A stretch of DNA of 64,000 bases. Source: Vulcanimicrobiota bacterium (lineage in GTDB: Bacteria; Vulcanimicrobiota; Vulcanimicrobiia; Vulcanimicrobiales; Vulcanimicrobiaceae). The position numbers and the translations under genes were made by a program. Below, piece by piece: positions 31,023-39,903 of this stretch. The stretch covers positions 1-64,000 of the forward strand of contig CAWAXX010000008.1 in assembly GCA_963786105.1 (NCBI GenBank), written 5' to 3'. The notes beneath the pieces are model-generated. The model was not told the DNA's origin, ran no database searches, and worked only from the letters and a program-made list of their open reading frames with translations. Positions within the stretch are counted from its first letter, which is position 1, and every line of letters starts with the position of its first letter.

Positions 31023-32138
31023 ATGAATAAATTTTGTTTCGTCATTCATCCACTTTCACTCGAGGACGTTGCGCGTTACGAGCCCGGCGCCAAAGGTAAG
31101 GGCGACGCGATCATGCGCAAGATCATGGAATGGATGCCGCCCTGGGCGGTCGCACACGTCACCGGCGTCCGCGCACCGGACGGTCGCGAGGTCGAAGGCT
31201 GGTTTGTCTCCGCGCCGCTGCTGCCGGAGCAGATGATCGAGTTTCCTCGCGAGGAGGTGTACGCGCGCATCCTCGCGGCCATTCAGATCGGCGTCGATCT
31301 CGGAGCACAAGTCGCCGGGTTGGGAGCCTTCACTGCGGTGGTCGGTGACGGCGGCATAACGCTCAACGAGCGCTCGCCGATCCCGGTGACCACCGGTAAC
31401 TCGCTCACCATCGGTGCCGGGGTCGACAGCCTCTTTCGCGGAGCGGACGAAATGGGGATCGATCCGGGCGGCGCTACGGCGGTCGTCGTCGGCGCGACCG
31501 GCTCGATCGGCGGCGCTTGCGTGCAGCTGATCGCACCGAAAGTAAAACACGTCATCCTGGTCGCGCGCAACGAAACTCGGCTGCAGAAATTCCACGAGCG
31601 GACGGCCGCGCAGACTTCGTGCGAAACCTCCTACACGACGGACATTTCGCAAGCCGTTCGCCGCGCCCAACTCGTTCTTACGGCAACCTCGTCGACGCAC
31701 GACGTGATCGAGCCTGAAGATTTACAAACCGGCGCGGTCGTGTGCGAACTCTCGCTGCCGCACGACGTCAGCCGGCGCGTCGCAAAAGAACGCCCCGACG
31801 TCCTGGTGACCGAAGGCGGAAACATGACGGTGCCCGGGACGCCGCGTTTCGAGCGCGTGCGAGAGCGCGGCAGCGATTTCGATTTGAATCTCCCGCCGCG
31901 CACCGCACTCGCGTGCATGAGCGAGACGATGGTCTTGGCGCTCGAAGGGCGGTTCGAGCCCTATACGCTGGGCCGCGGAATCGATCTTCAAAAAGTGATC
32001 GATATGAACGCGATGGCCAAGCGTTGCGGCTTCACGCTGGCAGACATGCGCGCGTTCGATGCCGCCATCACCCCGGAGCGCATAGCCGAAATCCGCAACG
32101 CGGCCGAAGCCCGCCGCCGCGCAGGAGCCGTCGTATGA
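31023..32138 (+). CDS. Long-chain acyl-ACP reductase-like NAD(P)-binding protein
   Basis: F.F.IHP, LGAFT.VVGDGG, TTGNSLT, VGATGSIG, ACMSETMVLALEG (putative catalytic Cys), as in the cyanobacterial acyl-ACP reductase fold. Confidence 0.75.
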   Translation: MNKFCFVIHPLSLEDVARYEPGAKGKGDAIMRKIMEWMPPWAVAHVTGVRAPDGREVEGWFVSAPLLPEQMIEFPREEVYARILAAIQIGVDLGAQVAGLGAFTAVVGDGGITLNERSPIPVTTGNSLTIGAGVDSLFRGADEMGIDPGGATAVVVGATGSIGGACVQLIAPKVKHVILVARNETRLQKFHERTAAQTSCETSYTTDISQAVRRAQLVLTATSSTHDVIEPEDLQTGAVVCELSLPHDVSRRVAKERPDVLVTEGGNMTVPGTPRFERVRERGSDFDLNLPPRTALACMSETMVLALEGRFEPYTLGRGIDLQKVIDMNAMAKRCGFTLADMRAFDAAITPERIAEIRNAAEARRRAGAVV

Positions 32139-33050
32139 AGAACGTCGTGTCGGTATCTTTAGGCTCGTCTACGCGGGACCACCGCGCCAACGTCACCCTC
32201 TTGGGAGAAGAGTTCGACATCTCACGCGAGGGCACCGACGGAAAACTCGACGTCGCGATCGCGAGGGTACGCGCGCTCGACGGGCACGTCGACGCGATCG
32301 GGTTGGGCGGCATCGACGTGTACCTGTACGCAGGTCAGCACCGCTACGCGCTCCGCGACGGACTGCGGTTGCTCGAAGCCGCGAAGATCACGCCGGTGGT
32401 CGACGGCAGCGGTCTCAAGAACACGCTTGGAACGCGAGGCGGTCCGGTTCATGCAGGACGAACTCGACATGGATCTGCGCGGGAAGCACGTGCTCATGGT
32501 GAGCGCGCTCGACCGCTTCGGAATGGCTCAGGCGCTGGTCGACGCCGGCGCCGACGTGCTGTTCGGAGATTTTATTTTCGCCCTCGACAAAGACATGCCG
32601 GTGCGCGACCTCAAGACGTTCGAAGAAATGGCGGAAAAATATCTTCCGGATGCGTGCAAGCTGCCGTTTCAGTTCTTCTATCCGACCGGCAAGAAACAAG
32701 AGAAGCCGCCCGATCCCAAATACCCGCAGTACTACGAAGAAGCCGAGATCGTCGCCGGCGACTTTCATTTCATGCGGCAGTTCATGCCGGACCGCCTCGA
32801 CGGGAAGATCGTCCTGACCAACACGGTGACGCCGCGCAATATCGAAGAGCTATCGTCGCGGGGCGTGAAAATGCTGATCACCACGACGCCGGACTTTGGC
32901 GGCCGCTCCTTCGGAACCAACGTCATCGAGGCCGCGCTGCTGGCGCTGCTCGGAAAGAAATGGAGCGAGGTGACCCCGGACGATTACCAGCGCGTCTTGC
33001 ACGAGTTGCATCTCAAACCGCGCGTCGCCACGTTCAGCGACGGACCCTAA
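32135..33050 (+). CDS. Conserved protein of the family often labelled quinate 5-dehydrogenase (+1 frameshift near 32428)
   Basis: VSVSLGSS.RD, DG.VDAIGLGG, VDGSGLKNTLER, GRSFGTNV.EA motifs; ATGA overlap with the upstream gene. Confidence 0.7.
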
Positions 33051-33058
33051 ACGCTAGC

Positions 33059-34449
33059 GTGGCCGTCGCCGTAAACGTTCGGCCGGAGCCGCGTCACCGG
33101 CTCCCGCAGGTCCTGCGCTTCTTCGACGTCACGGTGCTGGCATCGGCATCGATGGGTCCGGCGTATTCGCTCGCGTCGACGATGGGCCCGATGGTCGCCG
33201 TCGCGGGGGCGGCTGCACCGCTGTCGCTGGCGTCGCTCTCGGGGATCATGCTCTGCATCGCGGTGTCGTTTTCGATGCTGTCGCGGGTCGCGCCGAATGC
33301 CGGGTCGTCGTATTCGTGGATTCGGATGGAGTTCGGCAACGCGATCGGCGCCTACGGCGCGTGGCTGCTGATCCTGTCGAACTTTTTTGCGACGATGGCG
33401 ATCGCCGTGCCCGCCGGAAGTTACACGCTCGAACTGGTCGCACCGGCAAAAGCGCGCGTCGCCGGTTTGGGTTGCGGGCGTCGGCGCCGTGTGGATCCTC
33501 GCGAGCACGATCCTGCTGTACGTCGGGTTGCGGCCGACGGCGCTCGTCACGTTTTTCGCGCTTGCTTTTCGAACTGGTCGTGCTGTGCGCGGCGGCGGTG
33601 GCGTCGTACGTCGCTCCCCACGCGGCCGCGATCGCCGCAGCGAATCCCGCGCACGCGGGGATTCCGATGACGTTCGCCGGCTTCGTGACGGCGATGACGC
33701 TCGGCATCTGGATGAGCGACGGTTGGGAAGTCTCTGCCTCGACCGGTGAAGAGGTCAAAGGCGATAGCGCGCGCCGCCGGTCGCGGCGGTATCGTCGGCT
33801 TAGTCGTGACGACCGTCATTCTCATCGGTTGCATGACCGCGTTTCTCCATCTCGGTACGCCGAAGGGTTTTGCCGACAATGCGGCCGATTCGCTCGAATA
33901 CGTCAGCCGTCTGCTCGGCGGCGGAGCGTGGCGGCTCGCGATCGTCAGCGCCGTCATGATTTCGACGCTGTCGACACTTGTGGACGACGATTCTGTATCT
34001 CTCGCGTTCGGTGTTCGCCATGGGTCGCGACGGCGTGTTGCCGCGCGCCCTCGGCGAGCTCGACCGTCGCAACGAGCCGCTGTGGGCGCTTGTCGCGGTC
34101 GCCGTGCTGACGACGATTTGCCAACTCGTTACCGGTTTTTCACCGACGGCCAACGAGCAGCTGAACACGGTGGTTAACGGCGAGCTCCGTTTTCCTCGGA
34201 TTGCTGTTCGTGTTGAGCGCGCTGGCGTCGGTGCGGCGTTTCGTTTCCGAACGCAACGCGCTGCTGCCGGGCGTCATCGTCCCGGCAATCGGGGCGCTCG
34301 CGCTGCTCGGCGTTCTGATGGTGACCATTCGTTTCGAAGACCGCCCGACTCAGCTGTACGCTTGGGGCGGCGTCCTCTTGGGTATACTCTTTGCCCTGTG
34401 GCGGGGCCGGAAAATCCACAGCGGCGCGCGCGGCATGGGAGCCGAGTAG
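33059..34449 (+). CDS. APC family amino acid/polyamine permease (five successive +1 frameshifts)
   Basis: PNAGSSY.W, GWE.SA..GEE, SR..FAMGRDGVLP motifs distributed across frames in +1 steps. Confidence 0.78.
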
Positions 34450-34590
34450 CAGCAGCTATCCCTGGAAAGACACTCAGGGAAGGGGAAGGATTTTACCCCC
34501 CGAACAAACCGCGCCAGCGCCCGAGGGCGCCATCAATCCGAGGGTTCGAAGCGAGCGTTCGCTTGAGAATCCCTTTCTGAGGGTCTGTAC

Positions 34591-35100
34591 TTGAACGACA
34601 AAGAGATCGTCCTCACCGCCGAAGGTTTGATCAAACTCGAGAACGAGCTCGACGAGTTCAAGACCATGCATCGTCGCGACGTCAACGATCGCATTCGCCA
34701 AGCCAAAGAGTACGGCGACCTGAGCGAAAACGCCGAGTACGAGGACGCAAAGCAAGAGCAGGCCTTTATCGAAGGCCGCATTCTCAAGCTCGAAGCGATG
34801 ATTCGAAACGCCCGGATCATCGACGAGTCGGAGTACGCCGCCGACGAAGTCCACCTTGGAGCGATCGTCAAGGTCAAGGACCTCAAGAGCAACGACAGCT
34901 ACGAGTTTTCAATCGTCGGCTCGGCTGAAGCCGATCCGTCGAATCGCCGCATTTCGAACGAGTCGCCGCTCGGCAGGGCGCTGATCGGCCACAAGAAGGG
35001 CGCGACCGTCGACGTCTCGACGCCGCGCGGCGTCGTCAAGTACAAGATCGAATCGATCAAGAGCAACGCACCCAAGAGGCCCACCAAGAAAGCGAGTTGA
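34591..35100 (+). CDS. greA: Transcription elongation factor GreA
   Basis: LT.EG..KL..EL, GDLSENAEYE.AK, ISNESPLG.AL.G; TTG start. Confidence 0.96.
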   Translation: MNDKEIVLTAEGLIKLENELDEFKTMHRRDVNDRIRQAKEYGDLSENAEYEDAKQEQAFIEGRILKLEAMIRNARIIDESEYAADEVHLGAIVKVKDLKSNDSYEFSIVGSAEADPSNRRISNESPLGRALIGHKKGATVDVSTPRGVVKYKIESIKSNAPKRPTKKAS

Positions 35101-35103
35101 TGC

Positions 35104-35209
35104 CTAGCAAGGCCTGATTTATCCTATTTCTTCGTCGCCTCCGGTCTCATTTGCCGTAGCAAACTTCGACCATCGGCTCCTCGAACTTGAATAAACCAGA
35201 CCTCCCTAG
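35104..35209. mobile_element. 106-bp palindromic MITE/REPIN-like element, copy 1
   Basis: Bounded by CTAG on both sides; colinear with 62611-62716 with shared core TCATTTGCC.TAGCAAACTTCG. Confidence 0.75.
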
Positions 35210-35225
35210 GCCGAGCCGTGGAGAT

Positions 35226-36725
35226 ATGCACGAAGAGCTTGGGAAGACCGAAGCAGCCCTCGTAGCGGCCAGACGCGATAATCTGGCCGCTTTGCGTTCG
35301 CGCGGAAACGATCCGTTCGCGCAGACGCGCTACGACGTCGACGCAACCGCCGCCGAGTTGGTCGCGCGTTACGCGTTTCTCGTCCCGGGCCAAAATGCGG
35401 CGGCCGAAGGGTGGAATCTCGCGGGCCGGTTGCTGTCGAAGCGGCGCATGGGCAAGACCATCTTCGCGGATCTCGCCGATCGGACCGGACGAATCCAACT
35501 CTACGTTCGCAAGGACGAGATCGGCGAGGACGGCTTCGCCGACTGGAACGATCTCGACCGCGGCGACCTGGTCGGCGTGCGCGGTTACATGTTCCGCTCG
35601 AAGATGGGCGAGATCACGCTGCACGTCAGTTCCTTCGACGTTCTCGGAAAGTCGCTGATGCCGCTGCCCGACAAGTGGCACGGTCTAGTCGACGTGGAGA
35701 AGCGCTATCGCCAGCGCTACGTCGACCTGATCGTCAATCCAGACGTTCGCGATACGATGATCGTGCGAAGCCGGCTGGTTGCCGAGATGCGGCGCTTCAT
35801 CGACGGTCACGGTTTTTACGAGGTCGAAACGCCGACGTTGCTGCACGTCGCCGGCGGAGCGGCGGCGCGGCCGTTCGTGACCCACTGCAACGCGCTCGAT
35901 CAGATCATGCAGTTGCGGATTGCCACCGAGCTGAACCTCAAGCGGCTGATCGTCGGCGGTCTCGAGCGCGTGTATGAAATCGGCCGGATTTTTCGCAACG
36001 AAGGCATCGACACGACCCACAACCCCGAGTTCACGATGCTCGAACTCTACGCCGCGTACTGGGACGTCCGCGATATGATGGAGTTTAACGAAGGCCTGAT
36101 CGCCCATCTCGTTTCGGTCGTCACCGGCGGGGCCAGCGAGCTCGCGTACGGCGATGCCACCATTTCGTTCGCGCGGCCGTTTGCGCGCATCGCCTATCTC
36201 GAAGGCATGGCTCGCTACAGCGACGGCAAGTACACGCGGGAACGCCTGCTGGATCCGCAGGGGGCGGCCGAAATCCTGCGCGAGTTCGGCTTGCCGGAGT
36301 CGCCGACGCACGGCCACTCGCTCGACAAGATCTTCGAGCGCGTCTTCGAGCCTCACTTGATCGCGCCGACCTTCGTTACCGACTACCCGGTCATCATTTC
36401 GCCGCTGGCCAAGCGCAAAGCCGACGATCCGGATATCGTCGATCGTTACGAACTCTTCTGCGCGCGCATGGAAATCTCGAACGCCTTTACCGAGTTGAAC
36501 GACCCCGACGATCAGCGCGCGCGGTTCGAGGCTCAAGTTGCGGAGCGCGCGAAGGGCGACGAAGAGATCCCGGAGCCGGATTGGGATTTCGTGCGCGCGC
36601 TCGAATACGGCATGCCGCCCACCGCCGGCATCGGGATCGGCGTCGACCGACTCATCATGCTGCTTACCGGCCATCAGTCGGTACGCGACGTGCTGGTCTT
36701 CCCGCTGCAAAGGCAGCACGGTTGA
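35226..36725 (+). CDS. lysS: Lysine--tRNA ligase (class II)
   Basis: LPDKWHG, RYRQRY.DL, GGAAARPF.TH, FRNEG....HNPEFT, LEYGMPPT.G.GIG.DR. Confidence 0.97.
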   Translation: MHEELGKTEAALVAARRDNLAALRSRGNDPFAQTRYDVDATAAELVARYAFLVPGQNAAAEGWNLAGRLLSKRRMGKTIFADLADRTGRIQLYVRKDEIGEDGFADWNDLDRGDLVGVRGYMFRSKMGEITLHVSSFDVLGKSLMPLPDKWHGLVDVEKRYRQRYVDLIVNPDVRDTMIVRSRLVAEMRRFIDGHGFYEVETPTLLHVAGGAAARPFVTHCNALDQIMQLRIATELNLKRLIVGGLERVYEIGRIFRNEGIDTTHNPEFTMLELYAAYWDVRDMMEFNEGLIAHLVSVVTGGASELAYGDATISFARPFARIAYLEGMARYSDGKYTRERLLDPQGAAEILREFGLPESPTHGHSLDKIFERVFEPHLIAPTFVTDYPVIISPLAKRKADDPDIVDRYELFCARMEISNAFTELNDPDDQRARFEAQVAERAKGDEEIPEPDWDFVRALEYGMPPTAGIGIGVDRLIMLLTGHQSVRDVLVFPLQRQHG

Positions 36726-37417
36726 TGGTGAAGCGCGCGCTCCTTCTTTGGATCGCGCTCGCGTTAGCAACGGCCATCGTTCCGGCGACCGCCAAGGACA
36801 CGGTCGTTGCTCCCTATTATCTCAGACCCGGCACCGTCGATTTGCGAGTGTTGCTCGCCCCTCCGCCGGAGGTGGACTCCTCCCAGCAGCAGTACGATGA
36901 AAAGAAAATTGCCGAAGTGTTGGCGTCGCGCACCGACGTCGACATGGCTCAGGTATCCGCCGACGCGCATCGCTCGATCTTCGTCTTCAGCGACGTGCTT
37001 GGCGGCGGATTCACGATGGAACGCGCACCGCTTGCCACCGCGCTCTTCCGGCACGTCGGCGCCGACACCGAAGCGTTGATCGAGCAAGCGAAGACGTACT
37101 TCGCGCGTCCGCGGCCGCCAGGTGCATCGCAAACGCACGGGTCGTACCCGAGCGGTCACGCCGCGTTCGCGTCGTGCGCGGCGATTTTGCTAGGGCAGAT
37201 GGTGCCCGAGAAACGGCAGCCGCTCTTCCAGCGCGCCAGCATTTTTGCCGAGAGCCGCATCGTCGCCGGCGTGCACTACCCTAGCGACGTCGAAGCCGGG
37301 TGGATTTCCGGGACCGTCATCGCCGGGGCGCTTTTGCGCGAGCCCCGGTTCAGGGCAGATTTCAACGCGGCCCGAGCCGAAGTGCGTCGAGCGCTCGGCT
37401 TGCCGAGCTTACCGTAA
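36725..37417 (+). CDS. Secreted PAP2 family (class A) acid phosphatase
   Basis: Signal peptide; K..F.RPRP, SYPSGH, SRIVAGVHYPSDV motifs. Confidence 0.9.
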   Translation: MVKRALLLWIALALATAIVPATAKDTVVAPYYLRPGTVDLRVLLAPPPEVDSSQQQYDEKKIAEVLASRTDVDMAQVSADAHRSIFVFSDVLGGGFTMERAPLATALFRHVGADTEALIEQAKTYFARPRPPGASQTHGSYPSGHAAFASCAAILLGQMVPEKRQPLFQRASIFAESRIVAGVHYPSDVEAGWISGTVIAGALLREPRFRADFNAARAEVRRALGLPSLP

Positions 37418-37435
37418 GGGAGGGTTCCCGCCACC

Positions 37436-37594
37436 ATGGACGGACAGAAGTGTGCCCATCCGCAATGCACGTGCTTCGTCGACCTCGGGATGCTGTATTG
37501 CAGCCCTCGCTGCCGGGAGCTTGACGACCAGGATGGCGACGCCGCCCCGCGCGACCCATGCGGCTGCCGGCATGCCGGGTGCTTGTCGCGTTGA
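37436..37594 (+). CDS. Bacterial metallothionein (SmtA/BmtA-like), 52 aa, absent from the ORF track
   Basis: Manual translation MDGQKCAHPQCTCFVDLGMLYCSPRCRELDDQDGDAAPRDPCGCRHAGCLSR: 8 Cys, 2 His; GGAGGG upstream. Confidence 0.82.
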   Translation: MDGQKCAHPQCTCFVDLGMLYCSPRCRELDDQDGDAAPRDPCGCRHAGCLSR

Positions 37595-37663
37595 AACCTA
37601 CGTATAATAAGCTGGTTCTTGGTAGTATGTAGCTTCCTATAAGTAAGGAGATGTGCTTCTACC

Positions 37664-38104
37664 GTGGACCTCACCAAAGAATACCCTCGGAGCGTCCGGG
37701 CCAAATGGCAGGGCGTCGTTCAACTTGGCCGCACCATCGATAAAGCCAAGGCCACCGCTCACGGCAACGTGGGCGACTACCATTACCAATGCGCGATGGA
37801 CCAGGCCGTTTTTGGGTTCCTGGGCATCGACGGGGACAAGCTGCTCGAGACCGTTCGCACCGCCGGCAGCGACGCCGACATCGAAACATTCACTCGCCCG
37901 TTCGTGGCGGCGAAGTCGGCCGAAGAGATCGCCCGCTGGAACCGCCAGTGGCTCGAGAAGCGGCCGCAAGGAGAATCGCTCGAGTACTTCCTCCAGCTTC
38001 GCAACCAGATCGCGCCCGACCGGACCGATGTGGTAGCGTGGCCCGACTTGCTCGACCTGGACGAAAAGCGCGAGGTGCCGCACCGGGCTCCAGCGGCGGT
38101 ATAG
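37664..38104 (+). CDS. DUF5069-like conserved protein
   Basis: DLTKEYPRS, L.R.IDKA.A...G..G.Y.Y.C.MD, D.LD.DE pattern; AAGGAG SD. Confidence 0.72.
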   Translation: MDLTKEYPRSVRAKWQGVVQLGRTIDKAKATAHGNVGDYHYQCAMDQAVFGFLGIDGDKLLETVRTAGSDADIETFTRPFVAAKSAEEIARWNRQWLEKRPQGESLEYFLQLRNQIAPDRTDVVAWPDLLDLDEKREVPHRAPAAV

Positions 38105-38115
38105 ACTATCCGGGG

Positions 38116-38904
38116 CTGCCGCTCACCACGGTACGGCTCACCGTCGAGTACGACGGGACCGAATTCAGCGGATTCCAGTGGCAGCCGGCGGCTAGAACCG
38201 TCGCCGGCGTTCTGGAGTCCGCTCTTTCTCGGCTGATGGCCGAGAGGATCAAAATTTCGGCGGCCGGACGGACCGATGCGGGCGTGCACGCGTGCGGACA
38301 AGTCGTCTCGTTTTCGACCAGCCGGGCGTTTCCGTTCGACCGGCTCTGTTTGGCACTCAACAGCGAGCTCCCCGATGACGTGGGCGTCCGCGAGTCGGCC
38401 CTAGTGAACGCCTCGTTCTCCGCGCGCTTCTCGGCAAAGGAGCGCACGTACGTGTACGCTATTTTCAACCGCCCTCAGCCCGACCCGCTGCTGTCGCGCC
38501 ACGCCTACCACGTGTGGCTTCCGATCGACGTGGACCCGCTGCATGCTGCCGCCGTTGGTCTACTCGGCGAACGCGATTTTCGTTCGTTCTGCGGCTTATT
38601 GCCGGAGGGCGGCGTGACCGTCCGCGACGTGCGCCGACTGGCAGTCGAGCGTCGCGGCAACCTGATCCGGATCGAAATCACCGCGAGCGGGTTTCTGCAC
38701 CGAATGGTGCGGACGATCGTCGGAACGCTGGTCGATTGCGGCACCGGACGGCGCAAGCCCGGCGAGTTGCCCGGCATTCTGGAGGCCCGCGACCGGCGCG
38801 CCGCCGGACATACGGCGCCTCCTAACGGCCTCTATCTGGCCGGGGTGCGGTACGACGACGGCTACGACTCGTACGCCGAGCCGCCGATCTTTCGCTGGGG
38901 CTGA
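38116..38904 (+). CDS. truA: tRNA pseudouridine(38-40) synthase; start uncertain (CTG candidate)
   Basis: EYDGT.F.G.Q.Q, AGRTDAGVHA, F.ARFSA, GFL.RMVR, TAPP.GLYL. Confidence 0.93.
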   Translation: MPLTTVRLTVEYDGTEFSGFQWQPAARTVAGVLESALSRLMAERIKISAAGRTDAGVHACGQVVSFSTSRAFPFDRLCLALNSELPDDVGVRESALVNASFSARFSAKERTYVYAIFNRPQPDPLLSRHAYHVWLPIDVDPLHAAAVGLLGERDFRSFCGLLPEGGVTVRDVRRLAVERRGNLIRIEITASGFLHRMVRTIVGTLVDCGTGRRKPGELPGILEARDRRAAGHTAPPNGLYLAGVRYDDGYDSYAEPPIFRWG

Positions 38905-38914
38905 ACTCGCCGGA

Positions 38915-39334
38915 CTATTCGATTTCGCCGAGCAGCCGCTCGAGCTGCCGGGTTTGGCCAAGACTGAGCCGGCGCATGAGCCGCGCGGCGGCTTCGGCGG
39001 CCGTAATCGACGCATCGGTTATCAGCGTGCGACCAGCGGGGGTGAGGACTACGCGGCTCGAGCGCGCGTCGCCGAGGTCGCGTTCGCGCCGTACGATGCC
39101 GCGCTTCTCCAGCGGCAGCAGCGCGCGGGTCACGCCCGAGGCGGTCAGCTCGAGATCGCCGGCCAAGTCGGTCGGCCTTTGGCCCGACTCAGGCGCGTCG
39201 GCCAGCGCGCGCAGCAGGCGCAACTCGGCAAAACCGAGCCCGTGATGGCCGCCGAGGCCCGCCTCGAGCTTGCGGGTAATCGCGGCGTGCGTTTTCGATA
39301 GGCGCAGCAGGGCTGCGAGGTGAGCGTCGTCCAT
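38915..39334 (-). CDS. MarR family transcriptional regulator
   Basis: LA..L.LT.SGVTR.L..LEKRG.V.R.....DAR...V.LT..G winged-helix motif. Confidence 0.9.
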   Translation of the reverse strand: MDDAHLAALLRLSKTHAAITRKLEAGLGGHHGLGFAELRLLRALADAPESGQRPTDLAGDLELTASGVTRALLPLEKRGIVRRERDLGDARSSRVVLTPAGRTLITDASITAAEAAARLMRRLSLGQTRQLERLLGEIE

Positions 39335-39340
39335 GAAGCC

Positions 39341-39377
39341 ATGATACTTGCGCAATCAAGTACTAGTCAAGTACTAG
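39341..39377 (-). promoter_or_regulatory. MarR promoter with operator palindrome
   Basis: Minus strand TTGACT-18-TATCAT; palindrome TACTTG-N6-CAAGTA (39345-39362); tandem TCAAGTACTAG x2 (39356-39377). Confidence 0.72.
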
Positions 39378-39394
39378 CGAAGCTCTCGAAACGC

Positions 39395-39424
39395 TTGACG
39401 GCGCTTGCCGCGGCCGAGTAAGAT
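39395..39424 (+). promoter_or_regulatory. Sigma70-type promoter of rplM-rpsI
   Basis: TTGACG-18-TAAGAT. Confidence 0.72.
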
Positions 39425-39459
39425 GCGGAGGTTTCACTCTCTCGAGGATACTCGCGCAG

Positions 39460-39894
39460 ATGCGTACCTATCAACAAAAGACCGCACAGACCAAGCACGA
39501 TTGGTACATCGTCGATGCGACCGGGCAGCGCCTCGGGACGCTGGCGGTTCGGATCGCGCGCGCCCTGTCGGGCAAACACAAACCCACCTGGACGCCCCAC
39601 ATCGACGACGGCGACCACGTGATCGTGATCAACGCCGAGAAGATCGAGCTGGGCGGCAACAAGCTCGACCAGAAACTCTACTATCGCCACAGCGGCTACC
39701 CGGGCGGGCTGCGCGTGCAAACCGCACGCGAGATTGCGGACAAGCACCCCGAGCGCCTGATCGAAAAGGCCGTGCGGGGGATGCTCGCTACCAATCGCAC
39801 GCGCAACGATCAGTTACGCCGGTTGAACGTGTACGCCGGCGCCGAGCACCCGCATACCGCGCAGAACCCACAGCCCTTGTTCGAATATTTCTAG
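39460..39894 (+). CDS. rplM: 50S ribosomal protein L13
   Basis: WYIVDA, GKHKPT.TPH.D.GD.VIVINA, YYRHSGYPGG. Confidence 0.98.
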   Translation: MRTYQQKTAQTKHDWYIVDATGQRLGTLAVRIARALSGKHKPTWTPHIDDGDHVIVINAEKIELGGNKLDQKLYYRHSGYPGGLRVQTAREIADKHPERLIEKAVRGMLATNRTRNDQLRRLNVYAGAEHPHTAQNPQPLFEYF

Positions 39895-39903
39895 GAGCGC
39901 ATT

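Noticed and set aside
31742..33670. 642-aa ORF joining the quinate-dehydrogenase-like gene to the APC permease
   Set aside because: Chimera of two real gene starts linked by out-of-frame sequence after the frameshift near 32428.
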